Shown piece after piece: positions 21,201-27,922 of a DNA stretch of 64,000 nt. The position numbers were made by a program, and so were the translations under genes. Under the pieces are notes generated by a model that worked only from the letters and a program-made list of their open reading frames with translations, did no database searches and was not told where the DNA came from. Source of the stretch: a virus (lineage: Duplodnaviria > Caudoviricetes). The stretch is taken from positions 1 through 64,000 of the IMG/VR virus record IMGVR_UViG_3300027772_001865; one strand, 5' to 3'. Position 1 is the stretch's first letter. Each line of letters opens with the position of its first letter.

Positions 21201-24200
21201 ACAAAGTATCTACAGTCCTTATCCAGTGGATTTTGCAGGGTTTGGATCAAGTCTCAGCATAGATGATTCGGCTGCAAATCTAGTGGTGGGAGCACCTCGT
21301 GGTACACTATATTTGATCACAATCTTTGATGATGGAACAACTGACTTTGATGAGAACAGCACAATCTTCTTCTCAGAAGTGGTGCAAAGTGGAGCGGTGT
21401 ACACATATGACTATCTGCGCAGTGCAAACGAAAGCGCAACCAACCCAGGCAAGTTTGTGTTTGGTTTACAAATAACTGACAGCAACATTTACTCATATGA
21501 TGTGTTTGGCGCATCAGTAAGCTATGTTGACGGAGTGTTAATGGTTGGTGCATCAGGAAACGATGCCACCGCGGCTGACAGTTCAGGTTCTAATTATGGT
21601 CGTGTGTTTGTGTTTGAAAATGCCACTCGCACACCGGCCTGGACTCCATTACGAATACAACAACCAGTGGTAGATATTCGTTTGCTAAATTCAGTATTCA
21701 CATACGACGTACTAACCAGTGCAAGAACACAACAATTTGATTTCTTCAATCCATTACAAGGAAAAATCCTTGGAGCAGCCAAACAAAATATCAATTACAT
21801 AAGTGCAATTGATCCAGCAGGGTACAATGTTGGGCCGGTTAACAACTCAGGCAATACCTGGTTGGGCGAACATGTGGGTCAAGTTTGGTGGGATATTAGC
21901 ACAGTGAGATTTATTGATCCCAACCAAGATGATATTGTATATGCAAGCCGTCGTTGGGGGCAAGTGTTCCCGGGCAGTACCATAGACATGTATCAATGGG
22001 TTCAATCTAGTGTACCACCAGCAACATATACCAGCGAAGGTACACCGTTGAATGTTTACTCATACACAGTGAGCACAAGATTAGGGATTGACGGTACATT
22101 TAATACCTATTACTATTTCTGGGTCAAAGGTCTTACAACAGTTGCCGCTCAACAAGGCAAGACGTTGTCTCCGCAGACTGTGGCCAACTATATTGAAAAC
22201 CCCAAAGCCAGTGGAATTGCATACATTGCTCCAGTGAATGCAAGTACCATAGCAATTTACAATGCCACTACAATCATCGAAGCAGAAGACACAGTGATCA
22301 GTGTTGAATTTGATCGTGAATATACTGACAGCAACGTTCACGTTGAATATGAGTTGATTGCGCAAGGTAAGTCTGATGCGTTCCTAAGTACCAACTTGTA
22401 CCGCAAACTGCAAGATAGTTTCTGTGGCGTTGACACCGCTGGCAATTTAGTTCCAGACCCTACATTAAACGCCGCTGAACGCTATGGAGTACAGTTCCGC
22501 CCACGCCAGTCAATGTTTGTGAATCGCTTCGAAGCTCTAAAAAATTACATTGTGCGCACAAACAATGTGTTATCATTGTACCCAATTGTTGAGAACCGCA
22601 GTTTTGTGCTGTTAAATTCTAGCGAGCCAGAGCCGCCATCAACTGCTGGCGGAGTCACAAATTGGAACCTGCGTGTGGCCAACTTGGAAATTTTAAGTTT
22701 CCAAGATATTAGTATAGTACCAGTTGGTTACAAATATTTGGTTGCCAGCGACAGCCGAAACAACGGACTGTGGACCATTTACACAGTGCAGTATGGCCAA
22801 GGTGTGTTGATCAGTGTAAAAGAGTTGGTGTTAACTCGTGTGCAAAACTATGACACTCGCAGATACTGGAGTTATGTCAATTGGTATCGTCCAGGATATA
22901 ACTCAAGCACCAAGGTCATTGCTGAGGTTCCTAACTACAGTGCATTGGCCACAATCAGTGTGCCCATTGGATCCAGTGTTAAAGTTATTTCTAATGCTCA
23001 AGGCAAGTTTGAAATTTACTTGTTTACTGATCTTGGCTGGGAACGTGTGGGATTACAAGACGGCACAATTGCAATATCAGCAGAAATATACAATTATGCA
23101 CTGGGACGATTTGGATTTGACGTTGAAGTATTTGATGCACAGTACTACGACCAAGAGCCTGTGATTGAAACACGCAAGATTATACAATCAATCAATGAAG
23201 AATTGTTCATTGACGAACTTGCAATTGAACGTAACAAAGCATTGACTTTAATGTTTAACTTTGTGTTGAGTGAATTCTCTGCACCTGAATGGTTGGTCAA
23301 GACATCATTGATTGATGTAGACCATAACATTCGTAACTTGGAGCCGTTCCAGAACTATCGCCAGGATAATCAAGAGTTTGTGCTCGACTATATTCAAGAA
23401 GTCAAACCGTATCATGTGCAAATTCGTGAGTTCAACTTGTTGTACAACGGCCAAGATGCATACGGCGGTGACGTGACCGACTTTGATGTACCAGCATACT
23501 ATAACACCAGTTTGGTTGTGCCACAATACACCAGTCCAATCTTGAATATTGACAATACTACTGATCCTCGTTATCAACAGCCCTACCTGCACAGCACACA
23601 TCAACAGGACAATACACTTAGTGATACTCCACCGTCAAGCCTAGTATGGCAGGCATGGCCGTATAGCCAGTGGATCAACAATTACTTGTTGACTTTGCAA
23701 AGTATCAAAATGGTCACTGGAGGTAGCGGCTACACAGAAGCACCAACTGTCACACTTGATGGTGATGCAACAACACCTGCAATACTGCAAGCATTCCTAG
23801 GCCCAGTCTCTGAGTCAGGCACAGCATCAGTGCTGTACATTGCAATCATTGATGCAGGTTCAGGATACTATGCAACACCCACAGTGGTATTCAGCGGCGG
23901 CAACGGATCTGGAGCACAAGCATACGCGGTGATGGGCAATGATCTTGTTCGTAGTTTCCGCACAGTTATCAAATACGACCGATATCAATACCAAACAAAT
24001 ATTCTGACCTGGAACACAAACGGCACCTATGAAGATGGTACGCTGGTCAGATATGCTGACCAAGTTTGGAGAGCTGCCAGTACCGACTCAACAGCAGTGG
24101 TTGGTCCAACATTTAATTTAGATCAATGGCAATTGGTTCCTGCTAATGAACTCAGTGGTGTTGATCGTACCATGGGTTATTATGTTCCGGGTGTGAATGA

Positions 24201-27120
24201 GCCTGGAATTGATTTACCGTTGTTAATCGATGGTGTTGGTTATCCAGGAGTTCAAGTATGGAGTGATTATTTCTTGGGTAGCGATCCCAATAGCACACAA
24301 CTTGAATGCACTGCAACCTCAGCAACCAACAACCAAATTACTTGCGCTAACACTCTTGGACTACAAGCAACTGCACCAATCAAGTTTTTGGGTACTACAT
24401 TTGGTGGAATACAACAATATGTGAATTATTTTGTAAAAGACATTGTTGATCAAACACATTTTACTATTTGTACAGATGTAGGTGGATTTGCACTTGATTT
24501 AACCACAGCCACTGGATCTATGCAAGCCATCAGTTTGCAAATTCTAGATGCAACATACTCCAGCAGTTTTGGTGACATTTATTTGGGCACTAGATATTCA
24601 GATATCAATGTTGATGGCGGCGAATTCATTGGATTATACGAGGGACATGCGCCTGAAGAACTGGTCAATGGTGCTGAATTTGATACCTTGGACATGCGTG
24701 TGTACACTCGCCCAGGATCAGACTGGTCATTATACGATAACATTGCCGGCGCAGACGGACACGGTTTCCAAATTTCCAGTCGACGATATGTATACGAAAT
24801 AGGTCAATTATTAAACTGGGACGGACTAGTAGAAAACCCAGTGCATCTTGTAGTTAGCAATGTCAATACAGGGCTGGATCTAGTGCCTGATGTAGACTTT
24901 GTTGTTGATTGGGTTAACCGCACCGTTGACATGATTGCTAGAGTTTCAGTTGGTGAAATTGTAAACATCTCAGCATACGAACTAGGTGGTGGAAGCCAGT
25001 TGTATCGACAAAATTACGTTGGTAGTGATGTTGTGGATACCCTGATAGTTCCGGTTGAGGCTACTGAAATTTATCAAGCGGTGTTATTTGTCAATGGCGT
25101 TCTTACTCCGGTAGATACCTGGGAACCATACTATCCAGGAACAGAGTGGGACCAGTTAATTGCTTACAACAAACTTGATGTAGTGTATACCACAGGGCCT
25201 ACAACTTATTATCGAGCATTACAAAATGTCATTGCTGGCATTGATATTGCCAACACCGCGTACTGGCAAGAGTTTGTGCCAGCAACACTGAGTAAAATTA
25301 CTCTGGATCAAGAGTACTCCAGTACTGACGCTCTCAATATCACAATACTTGGATTCACAACACCAGTACAATATTCCTGGAGTACTCTGCAAACTGAATA
25401 TTTTGCAGTTACACCTGCAATCAATTCTAATAAAACTGTAAATTTAACCAATTCAGTTGCCGGTACAAACATACCTAACATGATTGTGGAAATTGATAGC
25501 ATCAGATTGCGTCCATATGAAGGTATTGAGTGGATTGGTGATAACAGTTCTACCAGTTTTGGATTACCACAACGAGGTGGTTATCCACAATCGATTATTG
25601 ATCCCATCATTGATGTTACAGTGTTTGTAGACAACGTATTGCAAACACAAAGTTTTGGTGCATTCACTGGGGACTACAGTGTGAGCAACTGGGATGGCTC
25701 TAACACGCCAGGCCGCCAGGTACAATTTATAACACCTCCCAATTACGGTGCTAGAATTTTGATATCAGTAAGTACCGCGGCAGCGTACTTTGTGTCAGGT
25801 TCTCAGTTGCAGTTGATCAGTCCTCCGCCAGTTGGCGCCACAATTTCTGTGGGCACATTCAATGATACATCTCAACAAAATATCTTGACTCAAGTTTATC
25901 AAGGACCTGTTGAGGGCGGTGTGGTCATTGATGAGCCATATGATACAACTGCCTTTGACACCGGAGTAATTAACAATGATCCAGGATCATACGACTACTC
26001 TGAAGGCATTCCTTTGTTATCAAATCAATTTGACCTTGGCAGATCGGATGTAGACACAAGCCGACTTTGGGTAACACTCAATGGTTATAGACTATTTGAT
26101 GGCCAGGACTACACAGTGCAAGGACAATATGTAATTTTTGCTGGCGGCGCAATTGCTCCTAGTGATATTGCAGTAATACAACAGTTTACCAATAGTATTG
26201 TTCCGGAAGCCATGGCTTTCCGTGTGTTCCAAGACATGCGCGGAGTACAGGCAACTTATAGAATTACAGACAACACAACCACAGAGTTAGTACAAAGCAT
26301 GTCTTCAACCGCTGACATTGCATATGTGCGTGATGCAACCCGCCTGACAGAACCTGATTTAATAAACGGGATATTTGGTGTATGCACCATTGGCGGCGAG
26401 CGTATTATGTATCGTAATCGTAATACTGCTATGAATACCATTTCAGGACTCATGAGAGGTACTGCTGGTACTGGAGCCGCTACCCACATTGTTGGTGTTC
26501 CAGTATATGACATGGGCCGTGGCAATTTGTTAGGAGAAGAATATCAAGATCGCATCATCAAAGATGACACGTTAGCAGACGGATCAACAACTATATTCTA
26601 TGCTCCTAGCATTTATCTACCTATTGTGGATCCTAATGATTCTAGCACTGTATACATTGATCACAGCATTGAAGTTTATGTGGGCGGCATCCGTCAGTAT
26701 CCCATAACAGAAGTTGGTACACCTAGCCAATATCGTTACACTATCTTCACTGTAGATCCATTGGTACCTGGTAACCCTTATACAATTGGAGTAGAGTTTA
26801 TCACTGACAATGATCCGTATAATCCGCTATTGGCTCCGGCTGCAGGGTCTGCTGTTACTATTGCACAACGTCGTGGATATTTCTGGTACAATAATGGTGC
26901 TGTAAGTGCAGTAACCACAGCAATTGCTGGCAATAGCTACTTTATTAATGCGTTAGGAAATACAGATTTCACTATAATTGGTGCGCCAGAAAACTCCCTG
27001 GGAATATTGTTTATTGCTACTGGACCAGGCACTGGAACCGGCACAATAAGTACTGTTTCTGACGGTGTTGCGCTTCAAGAAACTGCCACACAAGCCGCAA
27101 GGTTCTTGCGTGGTTTATAA
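12256..27120 (+). CDS. Giant 4954-aa virion structural protein (gp7-like wedge start; cupredoxin-like, CBM5/12-like, FG-GAP propeller and Ig-like repeats)
   Basis: Uninterrupted 14.9 kb ORF, TAATG-coupled to gp6. Seven FG.SV.I...L.VGAP blades, three W-x5-Y-x2-G-x2-V-x-Y motifs, NPTLTL.RG.TY.F / APDTLYY motifs, and many DG-x4-F / G.DY.V repeats. Confidence 0.7.
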   Translation: MAKVRSVDFLPEIFQTDVNKQFLAATLDQLIQEPKFKKTQGFIGRTVGPGVNPNEKYVVESTKVRADYQLEPGIISLKPDTNTIEDVITYPGLLDSLDYQGGNSARPDRLFESEYYTWDPFVDWDTFINFSQYFWLPGGPGAVDVAATGVPASDNFVVTRANGVYTFSGLNGDNPTVDLVRGGSYTFQVAQNDKETVNYRVTNSGTSAYVIDYANNPTLTLARGNTYVFNLNLNGVYPFYIKTAATTGLNNVYSSGVTNNGAVTGLVTFVVPQDAPDTLYYSSATQSNMRGQINIIDGTAGTGAGFWIQAAPGINGKMPATPNISSRDVYGVTNNGEDLGTITFNVPTKTAQQFYYDLPSLGSIDLLTDLRFDQINNIPVVDFIAAYGGIDGITALDGRTLVFEGTSIDTDQGGWTKTTFFDPLTQSDSFTGQPGSYDSLLYAQQLEVPLSQRRGIWQINYVSNAGFVYISLTNVGNINDLEKFTILYGNTYASTGWFKNDAGVFKQIPLLTASQDTLYYQDGTDPGIFGRIRLIDQTQSSTLYIDEIIGKKNYTSPNGVAFTNGLKVVFRGDVVPSSYINTEYYISGVGIAIKLLPVSNFVCPETYVVDADTSTIDTEPSTLDYLTVNRASLDLNAWSRSNRWFHIDVINATAKYNNTEVTIDNQYRAKRPIIQFRPGIRLFNMGTEGKQPVNVIDFAESDAFSNVEGSTGYTVDGYNFVQGSRVIFAKDADANVRNKIWVVNFVSPDSVSPVIAQPIINLTLATDGDVLVDQSTVCLDGDTLTGVTFWYNGVEWTEAQLKTKVQQAPLFNVYDADGVSFGNKAVYPSTTFVGSKLFSYAQGTTGILDPILQFPLQYLNLNNVGDIVFENNLYKDTFLYVRDNVSTTSLISSGFPREYATRLLYNRLLGWNTAITPSQVRQQFKFTYDGRPLLLDIQAQSDGIVPAVKIYVGSKFKDPGTYTLATTSNSSTITLDDTFVIGDIVEILVLSDQTSQVAFYQVPINLENNPLNGNSDAFTLGTIRTHYESICENLITLTGTINGANNTRDLGAIGPYGLIILQQSSPLTLAGYFNRSKEYNIFASLQYNSREYQKFKDLLMNEVTNLTLYTETPAEILVEAMANITLGRLESNPFYWSDMVPSGSVYIENKYTVSLITTNVFDTVQVYNYTSANYLGLLVYKNNELMTRGFDYTVATDGPRITVLTPLAVGDVIAIQEYSATYGNFVPNTPTKMGLYPSFRPVITTIDATSGSRLVIIGHDGSQTPVFGDVRDQVLLEFETRIFNNLKLDGNPVPINVSDVIPGQFRSTGYSFAEINDILNVDFLSYVGWNKLDYNTQNYIASNEFSWNYSGSQNKLTTSQNLIGSWRGIYKYFYDTQDPARTPWEMLGFSIRPSWWNDVYGPGPYTSENMVLWDDLEAGIVADPLGSYVLPAYIRPNLTQVIPVDNEGNLVSPFECVVGNYNETTFQKSWSTGDGSPVEASWWNSSAYPFAIMRLYALTIPAKFYSLYADRDLYRYRAEFGQFLYNDRYRLDANGIQVYGNGTSKASFINWIVDYNRVTGINSTTALEADLASIDVRLCYRLASFSDKQYIKLYTEKSSPNSLNATLLIPDESYDLLLYKNQPFDRLIYSSVVIQIVEGGYAVYGYSTTQPYFDILVSQSAGRLKPYTVGDVTVRVPITHTNTVAQVPYGYVFTNQTSVCDFLLSYGKLLNEQGLVFDDRVNGYQLDWDQMVVEFLYWSQQGWENSCLINLNPLASALTITKPGAVVDSIVTQTSENVLLDQNKRELPARNINIVRLDNTLTLQPLTDQSLSFADLRFTNFEHMIVLNNQSVFGDLIYEPITGARQSRLNFVGITSTEWNGTVDAQGFILNQDNVEEWSGLKKYSKGQIVKYKDQYWSALVIVDPSIEFDFNKWTKSDYSQIELGLLPNIANKANQLQNSYSVNTANLEGDNDLLSYGLIGFRPRQYMAALNLDDVSQVNVYSQFLGSKGTILSAELLSNANLGKESADYQIYENWAVQRAVYGANANRSFVELKLNRALLSANPSLVQVIQPQEQSQADQTIFLSNVWRQSYKLTSPDFLPTTITEITDTALPSAGYVNLEDADITTFDLGTRSTIAANLGLVSVGATVWVAKVNNYDWDIYRCINIPGFIDHVCDNLDGTSIVNFTKPHGLSVGDRLIIKQFDVRIDGVYRVLTVQGINRVTVAYTFTPGGQTVINGVGIGFTLQTQRVAQASDIINLPYTNDIQTGAKVWVDDDGTGHWQVLQKENQFSDVIELSPALLDATEAYGQSVAQARNRFAALVGSPRYGFNTGAEQGAVYVYVKNYSEQYAPVSPVANGDAILTLDIDGVRGYGNAVDFGNQTWAVAGASKSLGIAGEADVGYAAVIYRDPSLGEPGVIPYVQWQLLISPNNTEPGLFGHSVAISTDERWLYVGAPAANKVYAYGQVDWQDQFVKARGDGVTKIFNLSQTIQINAATQLLVTVDGTEQALGTDYTVDSSLAVVTFATAPPVGVLIDIHRYNSKNIDGGNYYDVTQTTTSGPGTGAEFTIRRVRNEVGQPGSVSGGVGVTFGGTGYTIGDTISFAPGKFGGGGSSPANNIVLTIASVGAGGKVETFTIAYTPPSLIDTFSLNEFFFTVNNIYSFSVYVNEVLYRPGIDYTFNTGTKDITFDAGSIPPAGTLITVQAQSYYEYVDTLTVAGLAADAQFGYSVTTTVDGRQVMIGCKDEDIDGKVDAGSVYVFDRNVQRFIYGTDPSSTMFTVLGTVTAPVSVIVNNVFLINQTDSIIGAPDSFTVDGNNITINADLQIGDVIDIETNQFSLMQQVIQQTVNLSNAVVGNPMEFTNFGHAVDICSYSCSLYIGAPQDSTNGWKAGSVQRNVNQSRTYGSTVALTKDPVLTPGDTLRVNNQDIEILFPTAEQTSLQRLAQSITETVPNVVASVTNGYLTIAVANSAAAAPTNKLQVAPGSVGSAFDDIGFTTFVYTQSIYSPYPVDFAGFGSSLSIDDSAANLVVGAPRGTLYLITIFDDGTTDFDENSTIFFSEVVQSGAVYTYDYLRSANESATNPGKFVFGLQITDSNIYSYDVFGASVSYVDGVLMVGASGNDATAADSSGSNYGRVFVFENATRTPAWTPLRIQQPVVDIRLLNSVFTYDVLTSARTQQFDFFNPLQGKILGAAKQNINYISAIDPAGYNVGPVNNSGNTWLGEHVGQVWWDISTVRFIDPNQDDIVYASRRWGQVFPGSTIDMYQWVQSSVPPATYTSEGTPLNVYSYTVSTRLGIDGTFNTYYYFWVKGLTTVAAQQGKTLSPQTVANYIENPKASGIAYIAPVNASTIAIYNATTIIEAEDTVISVEFDREYTDSNVHVEYELIAQGKSDAFLSTNLYRKLQDSFCGVDTAGNLVPDPTLNAAERYGVQFRPRQSMFVNRFEALKNYIVRTNNVLSLYPIVENRSFVLLNSSEPEPPSTAGGVTNWNLRVANLEILSFQDISIVPVGYKYLVASDSRNNGLWTIYTVQYGQGVLISVKELVLTRVQNYDTRRYWSYVNWYRPGYNSSTKVIAEVPNYSALATISVPIGSSVKVISNAQGKFEIYLFTDLGWERVGLQDGTIAISAEIYNYALGRFGFDVEVFDAQYYDQEPVIETRKIIQSINEELFIDELAIERNKALTLMFNFVLSEFSAPEWLVKTSLIDVDHNIRNLEPFQNYRQDNQEFVLDYIQEVKPYHVQIREFNLLYNGQDAYGGDVTDFDVPAYYNTSLVVPQYTSPILNIDNTTDPRYQQPYLHSTHQQDNTLSDTPPSSLVWQAWPYSQWINNYLLTLQSIKMVTGGSGYTEAPTVTLDGDATTPAILQAFLGPVSESGTASVLYIAIIDAGSGYYATPTVVFSGGNGSGAQAYAVMGNDLVRSFRTVIKYDRYQYQTNILTWNTNGTYEDGTLVRYADQVWRAASTDSTAVVGPTFNLDQWQLVPANELSGVDRTMGYYVPGVNEPGIDLPLLIDGVGYPGVQVWSDYFLGSDPNSTQLECTATSATNNQITCANTLGLQATAPIKFLGTTFGGIQQYVNYFVKDIVDQTHFTICTDVGGFALDLTTATGSMQAISLQILDATYSSSFGDIYLGTRYSDINVDGGEFIGLYEGHAPEELVNGAEFDTLDMRVYTRPGSDWSLYDNIAGADGHGFQISSRRYVYEIGQLLNWDGLVENPVHLVVSNVNTGLDLVPDVDFVVDWVNRTVDMIARVSVGEIVNISAYELGGGSQLYRQNYVGSDVVDTLIVPVEATEIYQAVLFVNGVLTPVDTWEPYYPGTEWDQLIAYNKLDVVYTTGPTTYYRALQNVIAGIDIANTAYWQEFVPATLSKITLDQEYSSTDALNITILGFTTPVQYSWSTLQTEYFAVTPAINSNKTVNLTNSVAGTNIPNMIVEIDSIRLRPYEGIEWIGDNSSTSFGLPQRGGYPQSIIDPIIDVTVFVDNVLQTQSFGAFTGDYSVSNWDGSNTPGRQVQFITPPNYGARILISVSTAAAYFVSGSQLQLISPPPVGATISVGTFNDTSQQNILTQVYQGPVEGGVVIDEPYDTTAFDTGVINNDPGSYDYSEGIPLLSNQFDLGRSDVDTSRLWVTLNGYRLFDGQDYTVQGQYVIFAGGAIAPSDIAVIQQFTNSIVPEAMAFRVFQDMRGVQATYRITDNTTTELVQSMSSTADIAYVRDATRLTEPDLINGIFGVCTIGGERIMYRNRNTAMNTISGLMRGTAGTGAATHIVGVPVYDMGRGNLLGEEYQDRIIKDDTLADGSTTIFYAPSIYLPIVDPNDSSTVYIDHSIEVYVGGIRQYPITEVGTPSQYRYTIFTVDPLVPGNPYTIGVEFITDNDPYNPLLAPAAGSAVTIAQRRGYFWYNNGAVSAVTTAIAGNSYFINALGNTDFTIIGAPENSLGILFIATGPGTGTGTISTVSDGVALQETATQAARFLRGL

Positions 27121-27124
27121 CACG

Positions 27125-27132
27125 CATAAATA
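27125..27132 (+). promoter_or_regulatory. Late promoter variant CATAAATA
   Basis: 7/8 match just after the giant gene's stop, 7 nt before the ATG at 27140. Confidence 0.55.
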
Positions 27133-27139
27133 AAAGACC

Positions 27140-27292
27140 ATGTCAAACACAACGCCAAACAAGCCCGTAGTTACTGTCCCACAGCAGGAACGCCCACGCC
27201 GTCCAAACGAGATGGGCACAATCAGTGTACAGGCACATTTCAGAATTAGTGATCCAGTAACACAAAAAACCATTGTGGAGGGACGAGGATGA
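27140..27292 (+). CDS. 50-aa small protein not in the ORF track (MSNTTPNKPVVTVPQQERPRRPNEMGTISVQAHFRISDPVTQKTIVEGRG)
   Basis: Own translation. It has a promoter motif upstream, an ATGA overlap with the next start, and its C-terminal half resembles the N-terminus of the next protein. Confidence 0.7.
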   Translation: MSNTTPNKPVVTVPQQERPRRPNEMGTISVQAHFRISDPVTQKTIVEGRG

Positions 27293-27894
27293 TAATAACT
27301 GGACTTGCTAAGATCACAGGGCACGTGAAAATACATGACCCAAAAAACGGTGAAATTTTTTACGATGATCATAATGCTATTCATTATGAAAATATTTCAA
27401 TTGCCATGGCACAAACTCTGGCAGATCGTAATACAGGATATATCTATCAAATGGCGTTTGGTAATGGCGGTTCTAGTGTAGACCCCACTGGCGTTATCAC
27501 ATACTTGCCCCCAAACACCACAGGTCAAAATGCTGACTTGTACAATCAAACCTATGCCAAAGTGGTCAACGATAACTCAGCAGCAGACACAGACCCAGAA
27601 AATAACAAAATGACAGTGCTACATACGTCAGGCAATGTTTATACAGACATTTTGGTAAGTTGTTTGCTGGATTACGGCGAGCCGCCCGAACAACAGGCAT
27701 TTGATAATAGCACAAATTACAATGGTGAATATGTGTTTGATGAATTAGGGTTAAAAGCCTGGAACGGAAGTGCAGATAACCTGCGTTTAATTACACATGT
27801 GATCTTCCATCCAGTGCAAAAGAGTTTGAATCGACAGATTCAAATTGACTATACATTGCGCATACAGACATTAAGCAATATCAATGCTGTATAA
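27289..27894 (+). CDS. Putative virion/baseplate structural protein (201 aa)
   Basis: GHVKIHDP..GEI..D.HNAI...MAFGNGG...LYNQTY.KVV...FDELGL...LITHVIFHPVQKSLNR.IQIDYTLRI. It lies in the structural operon, and its all-beta pattern is typical of phage tail-associated proteins. Confidence 0.55.
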   Translation: MIITGLAKITGHVKIHDPKNGEIFYDDHNAIHYENISIAMAQTLADRNTGYIYQMAFGNGGSSVDPTGVITYLPPNTTGQNADLYNQTYAKVVNDNSAADTDPENNKMTVLHTSGNVYTDILVSCLLDYGEPPEQQAFDNSTNYNGEYVFDELGLKAWNGSADNLRLITHVIFHPVQKSLNRQIQIDYTLRIQTLSNINAV

Positions 27895-27897
27895 ATA
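27890..27897 (+). promoter_or_regulatory. T4-type late promoter TATAAATA
   Basis: Exact consensus overlapping the stop codon of the upstream gene, 25 nt before the tail-fibre ATG. Confidence 0.7.
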
Positions 27898-27922
27898 TTG
27901 ATAACAGGAACAGGTAACTGAC

